Origin: Antedon mediterranea
Lineage: Eukaryota > Animalia > Echinodermata
NCBI RefSeq assembly: GCF_964355755.1
Contig: NC_092676.1
Coordinates: 1,803,788 to 1,867,787, forward strand
DNA length: 64,000 bases
Direction: 5' to 3'
Below the pieces are notes generated by a model. That model saw only the letters and a program-made list of their open reading frames with translations. It was not told where the DNA came from and did not search any database. Positions within the stretch are counted from its first letter, which is position 1. The number at the start of each line of letters is the position of its first letter. Shown here in pieces: positions 1-12,700 of this stretch. Both the position numbers and the translations under genes were made by a program.

Positions 1-146
1 TAGAGTTGAAAGACACTTCTGATGAAAAAAAGAACAACATTGATATCTCTTAACGAACTATCTGGAAATCTAGAGTGAAAGTAACTGAAGTTAAGTTTTG
101 ATAAATAATAGTAGTAGTATGTTAGCACTATTTTTTTTTCTTCTAG

Positions 147-2659
147 AATGATTTGGTGGAATTGGCGCCATGTTGTTGGACGTGTAAACCTTGTGATGAC
201 GATTCTATTGTCGTTGGAGGCACCTGTGAAAAATGTGATCGAGGAACGTGGCCGAATGAAGACAGAAACTGTAAGAATAATGTTATAGTTTTCTTCTTCT
301 TTAAAAGGAAAATCCAGAACAATTTAAAAAAAGTTTTTAAAAATACAAAAAATAAGTATTTCTCTCTATCTTATTTTACACCTTTAGATTGTTATGAAAT
401 TGAGAGAGAGTACAACAAATTTGGTGACGTAACGTCAATTATTGCCATCATATTTTCATCAACGGGAATCTTGCTAACAACTTTCATAACTGCAACTTTT
501 ATCCGATTCCACAACACTGCCATCGTCAAATCATCAAGCCGAGAAAACAGTTACATCATTTTATCTGGCATTTTTATGTGTTATTTTACAACATTTATAC
601 TTGTTTCCAAACCATCTACTGTCGTCTGCTACATGCAACGAGGTATCATAGGCTTCAGTTTTTCAGTTATTTACTCCGCGTTGCTGATTCGAACCAATAG
701 GATGGCTCGTATCTTAGCTGGAAGTAAAAAGAGAATCATGACACGCCGACCACGGTTTTTAAGTGCGACTGCGCAGATTGTGATGACGTCAATATTAGTG
801 ATATTACAAGTTTCGCTAACAATTACGTTTATGTTTCTTGAACCACCAAAGGGTGTTTTTCTGTATCCCACAAGGCATCGAGTACTCCTAGTTTGTGAAT
901 TGGACACGTTGGGGATGCTAATGCCTTTAGCGTATGATGTTTTTCTTGTAGCAATGTGTACTTTATATGCATTCAAAACTAGAAATTTACCGCAAAATTT
1001 CAACGAGGCAAAATTCATTGCTTTTACAATGTACACAACTTGTATAATCTGGTTAGCATTTATACCTCTGTACTTTGGCGGGCCTGATATTCGGCCGATT
1101 GTGCTCTGCTTTACAATAAGTTTAAGCGCTTCTGTTGCCCTAGGTTGTTTGTTCTTTCCAAAGACTTATATCATTCTTTGTAAACCCGAAAGAAACTGTC
1201 GTGGAAATATGACCACGTCTACAATAGTGCGCATGCACGTTGGAAGCATATTTGACGCATCATTAAACAGCGCAAACTCCAGGAAAGATAGCTTTCGTTC
1301 AACAGCAGGGTAAGATAGTATTTTTTGTTTTGTCAAGAATAATCATAATTTTTCTTTCTTCAAATGAAACTACCGTATATTATTCAATCATATATTGCTA
1401 TTTTTAGTAAATTCTAGAAGATTTGATTGATTCTTCTTTAAATATCCGTGCTTTTAGCCTTACTGCATATGTTAAGAAATATCATAATTGTGCCTTGGAG
1501 CTAAAGTTTACCTTGTAGGAGCCTTTGTAAAATATGCAGAATAACATATTTAGCACTATAATGAAACGTAACAGCTTAATAGAAGTTTATCTGAACATGG
1601 TCGTAAAGTCTTAAATTTAACATTGCCAATGGAAATAACCAAAGTTTGTTTATTTATTTCAAGTTCATTTGATCACGACTTGTTTTTACAACATATTATT
1701 TTGATATTTTCAGGGAATCACAAAACGGAAGTCTTCGTAAATCCGTACGAAGAGAATCGCTTCCAATTCTTCACCAAAGAACAACCACTCACAAGACCAG
1801 GTTTCTCAGCTTTCGTCGACGAAGCTTCTCCGACAAAAGACTAAAAGCCATCGACCGCGATCTTGCTCTACGAAGACGAGTTCCACCAGTTTACCGTTAT
1901 GCGTCTTTGCCACAAGAAGACACCATTAGGACGTCTCCTAATGAAACGTGTAACGGAGACACATCATTAAAACAAATGTCTAAATCAAGATTTAAAAACT
2001 TGCGTCCAAAATCTTTAGAAATTGAGTCCGTTATGGAACCACTTCACGAAGCCGATTCAGAAAGATTAATTCCAAAGGAATGTGAGGATTGTGTGGACAG
2101 CGAAACGCAACAACTTCAGCCGTCTGAAGAAAATCTTGATACGAATTATCAAATTTTAGACTCTCAAAAATTAAATTCTATGGATACAGTCTTAGAAAAT
2201 TGTGAAATATATTGTAATAACAACCATCATTCATTAAATGAAAATCTGTCGACTAATACTCATGAGAATATAAGCAAGCACTCTGACGATTTACCGTCTG
2301 AAAATAAACCACGTGATCGTTCTCAGTCTGTGATTACGTTTGGAAATGGCCGCATAAATCGAAAAAAACTTAAAGTTGTACCAAGATCTTTCAGTCAAGA
2401 CTATAGTTCACAATATTCAAATGAATCATGTAGACAAGTTGATTTTTCAAAATCTATGCCAAATGTCGCTGCATTATCTCCACTTGATACAAAGAAATTA
2501 GAAGACAATGTACAAGAAATTACACAGGACAGTCAAAAAACTGAAAAGGAGTTACCTGGGGATGACGTCACGCAGTGTTCTACCGAGGATCTATACTGGA
2601 GCCAGACTAACCAACAGAATTTGGAACTATTACTGGAATTAGATTCATCAAACGTATAG
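147..2659 (+). CDS. Group I metabotropic glutamate receptor (mGluR1/5-like), 3' part; exons 147-270, 388-1309, 1714-2659
   Basis: Cys-rich domain (CCWTCKPC...CEKC), class C GPCR 7TM with NFNEAKFIAFTMYTTCIIWLAF, group I loop NRMARILAGSKKRIMTRRPRFLSATAQ and tail TTSTIVRMHVG. GT-AG sites are in phase and the protein ends DSSNV (PDZ ligand). The 5' exons lie outside the window. Confidence 0.93.
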
Positions 2660-5331
2660 TAACGGACCTGTTTTATATCCAGATGTTACTTCTAATGGAA
2701 ACGAGGTACTTCATGTACATCAGTTACTAATTCATTGTAGGCCTACGCGCAAAGCAAGTGTTTTGACCAATCAAAGGTGTGGTTTGGTCCAATTAATTGC
2801 GTGTGCATCCGAGTTGGAATCTTTAAAAGGCAAACTTGTAAAACATTTGTATCTATGCTGAATGTTATTGTTAGCTTTTTGGGTCAATAATGTCGAGTAA
2901 TTACGTCATTAATTGTTTAAACTTTTGTTTTTTGAATGTTTCATGTTCTTTATCGTGAACCAAAACTGCCAAGATGTACGTACCCCGCGCATGCGTAGTG
3001 GTAATGTTAAAATGGTGACGTTTTGTAAATGTCAATAGTGTAGCCTACTGTGCAAAACGCGTTTCTGTATTCCATTGTATGTAAATGAAATTACTAAAAA
3101 ACATGTTATACCGTATGTGTCAAATTGTATTGCATTTGATAACACATAGTTGAATAAATTAAATCTGCATAATTAATGATTATGACGGCTATAGTTTAAG
3201 TTTACAAAAAGAGTGAATCTGTCTATTTGTAAACTGGTATAGAGTACGTTTATGATGATATAATGGCAAGTGATTAATATTTATATTTAAAAAAATGACA
3301 AGCTGATGATGATAATGATGATGTTGACTATGATATTGATGACTGACGTTGGAATACTGACACTGCTACTGATGACGACATAATAATAATTTATTTTAAA
3401 AAGTTACATCACGATAATAATAATAATAATAACAGGAATAATATTATACCATTTTTATGATGTCATAACCATGACGTAATCATCATTTTGATGATTGACG
3501 TAATCATAAATAATACATAAACTGTATTTTTTATAGTATCACCTGCTGCTACGTTCATTGTGCCACAATATAATAATTATAAAATATGATCCGTATCCTT
3601 CGTAGCTTAAGTGTTGTATATCTGTATATATAAATACTGTATACTGAAACTAAGTTAAAAAATGACAATTAAATAATATTATGTTTGTTTATTGATATTT
3701 TAAATTATTACAGTACTCACACAGATGATTGAGTTATGTTGTTTTAATGTATTCATTTTTCAATATACCGAGGACGGTAAAGCAATCTATCATATTATTT
3801 TATCAATAATGTTTATAAATCAATTACAAATATTAATAATGTTATATGTCATATAAATAAACTCACGGCCTACTGTATTATTTCTTTATTTACCAGTATC
3901 AACTAAAACTAATTTCACAATTCCTTGAAATCTATTTTTTTTTACCGTGTAAGGTGTAACATATTTATTAGTTCTTAGGGGATAAACCTAGGTGTCTACT
4001 CTATGATTCTGTTGTTACAACCTGCGTATTAAACACTGTAATGTTTGCACTGTCAAATATCATGGGCTAATATTAGGCATGTATATTTTATAAAAGATCG
4101 CATGTGTTCAATTATTTTGTCGCATGAATTATTATAAAATTTATGTTGCGTGAAAATACTGCAGCATCCAATCATATTGTTTTGCTGATGACTGTTGTTT
4201 ATGAAAAAATAAAAATAAAAATACATATTAATTTGAAAAACCCATTATTCATTCTGAGAGATGAATTTGATTGTAAATTCGAACTCATAGGCCAAGTATA
4301 ATTCGTAGAGCTACCGCGATATTATTGTTGTTCATTCATTTATTCATTAATTTTAAAAAATAAACAATTCACAGGAATATATAAATACAAAATTAATAGA
4401 CATGATATATAAAAGTCAAACAAATGTATTTTCATGTTTTCTGGTAATTTTTGTACGGTTAAATGCGCATGCGCAATATTTACCCTCGTTGGGAGCAACA
4501 TTAACTGGTAGGCCTTCGGCATTTTATGTCCTAATTCAGTTTTTGGTCTTTACGCAACGATTTTAGCAATAATAAAATATAAATTACACAATTTAGCTAC
4601 GTAAAAAAGAATAATTGATTCTGATTTTGTTTTATTAGCCTAGAAATCGACAATCAGAAATAATTATTATTAATGTTTTACGTCATGCCGTGGGTGGGTG
4701 TCTTGATAAAATAGCCATGAGCCATATTCCTAATAATATATATCATATATAATATATATTACAAAAGTCGTCAAATGCAATATTATTAAAAATAGAATAA
4801 TTCTGAATTTTTACAATATTTATCACTTGAACGTTAAAAAAATGAATCCTGACCATAAAAGAAAGATACGACACACGACGAATTTTGAAATACAGTTTGT
4901 TTGATTGATTGATTGGAATATTCATTTATAAAATTATAATTAGGCCCTATCATAGGGCCTAATTATAATTTTAGGCTATGCTATCTATAGTGTCTTCATT
5001 TGTGATAATTGACTTGAGGGGACGGGTTGCTTTATATCATATAATTAATATAGGCCTACACGCGATCAAATAATTTAACAATGTTTTTTAAAGTGTATAG
5101 TTTTCTAAGGATTTTTTAGGACAAGTAACGACGTTATAATTATTTATTACCTCTTTGGACAGACCTAGGCCTAATTAAAAATGTTTAAAAAAACACACAT
5201 CACAGAGTTTGCATTCATTTTTCAGTACAGTGGCGTTAGTGTTGATTGATGGTGTGGCGGTAACACACACACACGGCGGATAGACAATTATGAATTGCGC
5301 CCTCACGCGTATGGTATTATAAACTCGAAAA

Positions 5332-8047
5332 ATGGCCGCGAAGATCGGAGTCAAGTTTATCTCGAAGAAAGTGAGTAAAACACGATGGCAACCGGAAACA
5401 TTTCAAAATGATAATGATATTTTTGCTACAGGCTCATGGGACAATAATGTAAGTATATCAATACAACCATCGTTAGTGTTGTTTATGAGTAATATTACAA
5501 TAATAGGTCTAGGCCTACCTCCGTTTGGTCACGTTTGCATGAACATCCCTCGCTGCTGGCCTGCCTTCCCCTTTCTCCTCTAGTAGGCTAGTTCCGATCG
5601 ATGTAGCCTAGGTAGGCCTCCTAGTCCTTGATGCTGGGCTTGCATATATCACAATATTAGTTGATGGTAGCTTTGCAAAAAAGTCAGTAATAATTATATT
5701 GATGGTATATAAGAATCAAGATGTTCTTGAAACTTATTAAATCACTCACACGTCACACAGAGTGACAGTCTACGTACTAATCGGATCGTCTGCTCTCCTC
5801 CTAGGATTCTCAGGACGCGCACCGGAAGGACGGACTTACGCGCAACGCAAGTCATTTTAACCAATAGCAAACGAAGTTGCTTGTGATTGGTCAATACTTT
5901 CTAGTCTCTAAACCACAAGAGTTAAGTTACTTCTTAAGAATCTTTTGACATATATTATGGTCTGTCTACAGGTAAATGAAATAGAAGTTTGGAGTTTACC
6001 TAAGATGTCCCATTTAACAACAGAGGTTGCAGATCCTGAATACGTGTGTGGCTGTGATCATATTGGGGATGTAACTGAACTAAAGGTACTATAAATTGTT
6101 TTTTATTTTTATCACCATAATGAGAATGAGGGAGACATTTGAACTGTGCATCTGTTCCCATCAATATGATTCTATATAACATTTAATTCAATTCCTTCAT
6201 TATTTTAATTTAATAGCTTTATTTTTGTGGTATATTTCAGTTTGTTGGTGCTAACAGGTTACTGGCATCGTCTTCGACAGGAAGTGTAACTTTGTATCAG
6301 CTACAGACCAGGTCAAAGGTGAATAAAACAAGTATTCATATTATTTTAGATTGTATTATAATTATGCATTGACTCCAAAATAATAGGATTATTATGGATA
6401 ATTATCTTGTGCAAAATGTGTTGTGCGTATATACAGACACGATGACATCAAATCACTACCATATTTGAGCATATCACCACCATATTTGGACATTATTCTG
6501 TCACATAAAGTTTGATAAACAGAGCTTAATGAATAAAATATTTACTACTTTAAATATTATAGACACTAACACTAGATCAACGCTGGGAAAAGCTGCACAC
6601 ACTGTGCGGTAAAGGCAGTGCATGTACAAGTATTGTTGTAAATGGTAGTGATTTTATCACAACTGGTGAAGATGGGAGTTTAAAGGTGTTAAGAATGGGT
6701 CAGCAGGAACCAGTAAGGTCTATGGGTAAGTAATAAACTTAGTAAAAAACTTAAGTAGCAAACTTAAGAACAAACTTAAGTAACTTAACCCAAAAGTAAA
6801 AAACTTATTTATATATGAAATTCACTGTATCACTGCCATAATGCAATTGGTACACCTTAAATACAAGCTTACAAACTTGTGTATTTCTACTCAGATTGCG
6901 CTGATAGTTGCTGTATAAATGCTGCCGTACAAGTAAAAAATCATGAGATTGTAACGGCCAACAGTAGAGGGCAGTTGAAGCAGTGGGACCTCCGACAGCC
7001 TGGTAATCAACCAGTCAATATATTCCTACTGTAAGTATGCCCTCTATGGACAGAACAATCTATAAAGCTCTGTCTACACTATCAAACTTTGTGATAAAAA
7101 AGTGTGATGTGCCCAAATATGGTAGTAATATGAAATCATAGTGTCCATATATGGGCATATATAGCTTAAAACAATGTACATTTTATCCATAAGTAAACTC
7201 TTTAATTATAATATAATATTGTGTTTTGATTGTTTTAGGACAGGTGAACAGTCCGGTCTGGTGTCTGTGGACAGGCATCCAAGCCAGGCCCATGTAGTCG
7301 CAGCAGGGGGTGAGGATGGCTGCCTTAATGTATGGGATCTAAGACAACAAAAATATCCTGCGACATTATTCACATCACATGATGGACCAGGTGTGTTAAT
7401 TTGCATATTAGTTAATTTTCTGTAAAACAACCCAGGCAACAACCAATTTTAATTTTTCACAAACAGGATTAAACAAAGTATGCTGTAAAGGTTTATGATA
7501 GTGTAAAGCTTTGTCTACACTATCAAACTAGTTTGACCAAAAATGTGTAATGTGCCCAAATATGGAAGTGATATATACGGTATAAATATGGTAATGAAGT
7601 CACATCATATATAGGCTCATCACATTTTTTTGTCACATGAAGTTTGACAGAGCTTTAGATCAGAATATTAAAAAAATGTATATTTTGAAAATGTGCGGTT
7701 TATTTTTCACAGTATGGGACGTTTGTTTCCACCAATCAAGTCCTGATCATCTATTCACCTGTTCCAATGACGGATCTCTTCTCCACTGGGATAACTCTTC
7801 CACAAGTCTTCATTCTTCATCAATCCTAGCGTCACATGGACTACCAGAGCACCCACCACACACAGAAAGGAGTTCTGTGTCATGCTCCTGGTTATCTGGC
7901 GAGACGGGACAATCCGATGTTCAAATCAACTCGTTACTGCCCCCAAGCACAATGTCTATAAACTGTTTTGATATCTTAGGACAGAATATTGTGTGTGGGA
8001 CAGACGGTGAAGCAGTCTATTTTCTTTATGGAATAAATACCAGATAA
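5332..8047 (+). CDS. NUP43: Nucleoporin Nup43 (WD40); exons 5332-5448, 5972-6085, 6241-6318, 6563-6725, 6895-7030, 7239-7390, 7713-8047; 364 aa
   Basis: KFISKKVSKTRWQP...FATGSWDN N-terminus, HIGDVTELKF, VDRHPSQAHVVAAGGEDG, VWDVCFHQSSPDHLFTCSNDGSL, CGTDGEAVY. All seven exons join in frame at GT-AG sites. Confidence 0.93.
5830..5915. mobile_element. MITE family B fragment
   Basis: CGCAACGCAAG...GCTTGTGATTGGTCAA. Confidence 0.5.
6415..6526. mobile_element. MITE family A, partial copy
   Basis: Internal ATCACTACCATATTTG units and a degenerate right TIR. Confidence 0.6.
7066..7167. mobile_element. MITE family A, partial copy
   Basis: Left TIR AGCTCTGTCTACACTATCAAAC plus internal sequence. Confidence 0.75.
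7507..7654. mobile_element. MITE family A copy
   Basis: Both TIRs present, the right one with a deletion. Confidence 0.8.
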
Positions 8048-8077
8048 ATATGATGGATTACATTGACACGCATGGAT

Positions 8078-8424
8078 GACATCAACCTTTATTTGAATAA
8101 TGTACCCACCGAAATAAGTGCAAATATATTATTTCTCTTGTTAAACATACAAAAGTTGGTAGGTGACTCATACTGTACAAAAGTCGACCGGTTACTAAAC
8201 AAATCGGACCATTGCAATGATAAATAAAAGTTTAACTAGGTTCTGAGATCAGATGACTCAACATCAACCCTCATTTACATAATGTACACACTGAAATAAA
8301 TGCGAATATATTATTTCTCATGTTAAACACAAATAAAAAAGGTTGTGTTGTACAGACGTCCCCCAGTTACTAAACAAAACGGACCATTGCAATGATAAAT
8401 AAAAGTTTAACTAGGTTCTGAGGT
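8078..8424. repeat. Imperfect tandem duplication (about 170 bp) in the Nup43 3' UTR
   Basis: CGGACCATTGCAATGATAAATAAAAAGTTTAACTAGGTTCTGAG is present twice, each copy with AATAAA. Confidence 0.85.
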
Positions 8425-8539
8425 CAACAAGATAAACAGGAACAATTTTAAAAACTTACCTTGGTTATTGTTGAAAACTGCTGAAAGAAATTTTGTATGA
8501 ATAAAATGGTTTATATAGTATGTTGTAATGTATTCTAGT

Positions 8540-8620
8540 TTAGTCAATGCATGGACCTATTACAAGTCATTGTACCCCTTTAGTCAATGCATGGACCTAT
8601 TACAGGTCATTGTACCCCTT
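8540..8620. repeat. Near-perfect 40-bp tandem duplication
   Basis: TTAGTCAATGCATGGACCTATTACARGTCATTGTACCCCT x2. Confidence 0.9.
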
Positions 8621-9756
8621 TTCACCATACACTTTGTATTTCGTTACATTGTATATTTCACGCAACGTCCGTAAAATACAATGATCGTTTGCTCTTTTGA
8701 CGTTGAAATAAATAAAAAACATTTGAAACGTTAGAAACATAACCGTCACTATATACTCCCCTATGATTGAACTGAAGCTTACGCAAATACACACATGCCT
8801 TATAAAGACGACAATCGTATTTTTTAAAAAATACATGGGTACACGCTACGGTTTACTGATAAATTGAGGGTCCTTCCAGATGTACAAAAGGGTCTAACCA
8901 CCAAGTAAGTAAGTAAGCCTCCTGCATGGTGAATCTACAATTATAAAATCATCACCAACCCTATCTCAATAGTGAGTGGTGGGGGTGGGGGACGGGTGGT
9001 AGTAAAATACGTTAGAGGTGGATGCCATTTTCTAGGCTTTCAAACGGAACATCTGCATTTTCGAAGAAGTAGTGTATAATGCCAACTTTACTTTATATCA
9101 AATGGGTTAGAAACGGAGGGTGAAAAAGCAAAAAAAAAATTCATTTTTGTTACACAACCATATTTTGGTAATAATATTTTAATTGATAATAATTTAAGTT
9201 ACTTAATACATCAATGTATATTTTAACCGTTTATTGATCCCACATAATACTTGTGTTTTGTTCAACAATTTGTAGACATCCATCATCACATTGTGCTTTT
9301 TGTTTGCCTGCACATTCCAATCGTATCTCGTATGCTTTCATCAATTTTCAATCATCATTAAACAAAAATCACAATTCCTTTCCTTGTAACCAAAAATTCC
9401 TTAACAAACATCGCCGTATCGGTTTAAAATTCACCGAATAGTAAAAACACATCTTTTCATTTCGGAACAAACAACGACTCTTGCAATAATACAGTAATTA
9501 TCACAATTAAAGGAGAATAAATATTTTAATAGTTTTATTTATATTCCAATTTGCTTGTTTTGTGTTTTTTGCTTGTACATAAATACCGTACATACAATAA
9601 ATGTGGCAAACCGCTCATGCGTGTAGCATTCCTGAAGGTTGACGCACTCCTGTGAACTCTACATCACCGACTGCCGTGTATACACGTACCTTTTACCATC
9701 TAATCAGCAATAATTTATATACCCGTTCTCATAAAAAATTGTATTTATGTAAACCA

Positions 9757-12700
9757 TCAAAACCAGAATGGATCTTTACTTGAATCTTGATTATCTGTCA
9801 TTGAGGTAGCTGTAGCTAGAAAATGAAAAATAAGTTTTTAAATTTAGTTATATGCTAATTTTTCTTACAGTATTTTATGATTATAAAAACATCAACCTAG
9901 TCAGAAAATTATTATAGAACTAAAAAGACATTGTATCTATAACAAACTGTGATTTTTATTGTATTTAGTTATGGCCGTAGGAATAGATTATCGTACCGTA
10001 AGTATACAAAATAGCTTATTAAATCGATTAAACTTGGTTCACATTCCAAAGCTTGGTTCCCACTAGCGACGCAATTCTCAAGGACGTAACGCAACGTAAT
10101 GCGTGGTTCCCACTGGCGACGCAACACAAAGACCTAACGCAACGCAAGTGAATTGACCAATCACAAGCGATGGCTTATTCGCTTGTGATTGGTTAACACG
10201 CTTGCGTTGCGTTTACGTCCTTGCGTTACGTTCTAGTGGGAACCAAGCTTAAGTGATTTGACAGATCACAAGCGATGGATTATTAATTCGAACAGTGGCT
10301 TTGCGCCTACGTCCTTGCGTTGCGTTCTAGTGGGAACACAATTTAGGACGTATATGTAACGCAAGCGAGATGACCAATGACAAGCAACGAATAATCTATT
10401 GCTTGCGATTGATTATTTGCGTTGCGCGTACGTCCTTGCGTTGCGTGGTTGTGGGAGGAAACAAGCGTTAAGAGCAGCAATCGAGGCACCGTAAATCGTC
10501 TGCAACGCAGTATTGCGTCGCCGAGAAACAAAGCACATCATAATTAATATGTACAATCATGTTATACAATGTTCATATAACATAATCATGTTATTAAAGT
10601 ACATATAAACTCCGTTGTTTAAAATGATAACAATGGCAATAAAAAATTATCACTTTTAGGTTTAAGTTTTAAACTGATAATGAACAAACTGTATGCCTAC
10701 ATGTACTATACACTCCGCTCTTCCTTTTCTTAAAGATATATTGTCCCCCTAAATCATTTTTTTTCTAAATTTTTGTTGAACAAAAATCGGAAAAAAAAAA
10801 TTTACCTAAAAAGAATGTTTTTTTGTTAAAATTATCCGTTTCGTTTGTCTTTTTATAAGTGAATTAACTTTATTAAAATTGCAAAATGGCCTATTTAAAG
10901 TCTGACTTTTTTAATCTTCATTTTTCATGTTTTTGAGGGACAACACATCTTTAAAAATCGATATTACAGTACTTGCAATATACACACGCACACACATTTT
11001 TTGTTGTTTTTATGAAAATAACGTCATTAGGTCGTCAACCATATGAAGGTACAGTATAATTATGTATAATCATGTGATTAATGGCCCAAGTTCAAAATGT
11101 AATTAGACCAAACCGTAAAATAGTCTCTGAAATCCATGATTAATCGGAGTTGCAATATGAACAAACTAAGTACCGGTACTGAGTGGGATGGAATCAGATC
11201 AGTCCATCTAATTATTACCGCGTCGATGCAAGTTTACGCGGACGCGGACTCTACTCTCATTCATGGAATTCCAACAGCAATCCGAAACCCTGAAATATAA
11301 TTAGCTATCCAGGTGAAAGCAACATAAATTAAGCTAGAGTTACTAAAAAACAAATTAGCAAACTATTTCATAAAATGTAATGGGTTGGAAGTCGGTGTTA
11401 ATAAATGAGAAGAGTTGATGTGGTGCGCGTTGGTTAATGGTGCGCGTTGGTTAATGGTGCGCGTTGGTAATGGTGGGTGTCGGCAACGAGTGCGTGTCGG
11501 CAACGAGTGCGTGTCGGCAACGGGTGCGTGTCGGTAGTGGTGCGTGTCGGTAGTGATGGGGAGAGAACAAAAAAGAAACGATCTAACAATCAAACAAACC
11601 CGTTACAATAATTGGTAAAGGGTGGTGGTTGAGAGCTGTGTATGGTGGTAATGATGGTACTAGTGAAGATGATCGTACCGTGGTGTTGGTGAGTGGTTGG
11701 AAGTGTTGTCATAGATCAATAAAATGACGCTTTCAACGCGTTGTGTCATTCTTACCATTTGCTACCTCATACGAGTATTCATGTGGATTAGTGTACGCGA
11801 TAGACCATCCAGGATCAGACGGCTTAGTATAATCACCATGATTCTCTAATCCGGGTAATCTACTCGCCCTCACTGGCGGCTGAATTAACAATGAAGAGTA
11901 TCTAGGGTTGAACACTCCACAATTACTCTGAGCAACTCCATAACTTAACTCTGTGATTGGTCGATGATTGTACGCGCTCTGCGTCATGCTGTACTGCTGC
12001 AAGCACGCATCTGCACGATTGAAACTGAGATCACCAGTGACGTCACCAAACGCAGTCTGTTGGATTGTTGAAGTAATACCCATATTCATGTTGTTTCTCT
12101 TGATGTTGTGATAGTTACTGCTCCAGAAGGAAGGCGGGAAGACACGTTGGCTCATAAGAGGGCCTAAAAAACAAAACATCAGAATTCAACATTAATCATT
12201 TTTCTATTTAATTGGTAATTTATTCTACTTAGAGCAGTTGGTTCTGTCATGCCCGTTTGTCTTTCGACAAACCAATGGTAAATTTTACTAAAAAATATAA
12301 AACGTTGGTTGGATTGGATTTATTTGCTTCACTCACAAGTTAAATGAACTCAAATAATAATAACACACAACTCTAAACTCTAAAACAAATTTTGGCGATA
12401 TTTGCCTTCCATATGTACACATAAAACATTAATAATGCACATACTACTAAATCGTGTAACATACTCAATCATTTCTAGCAGTGACATAGTTCAATGCCAA
12501 CCAAATAAAAATACCTGAAAATATTTGTTGTTAAAATCCAGGAATGCGAATCGGCAGCTGTCTCGAGAACCAGCCGCTTCAATTCAATATCGCTATTTTT
12601 GGACATGACATTTTCTATGCTTAATCTGTATTTTTGTAACAATTTTGTATAATGACGTAATATTACACGGTTCTACGCATTGATCTGACACTTATTCGGT

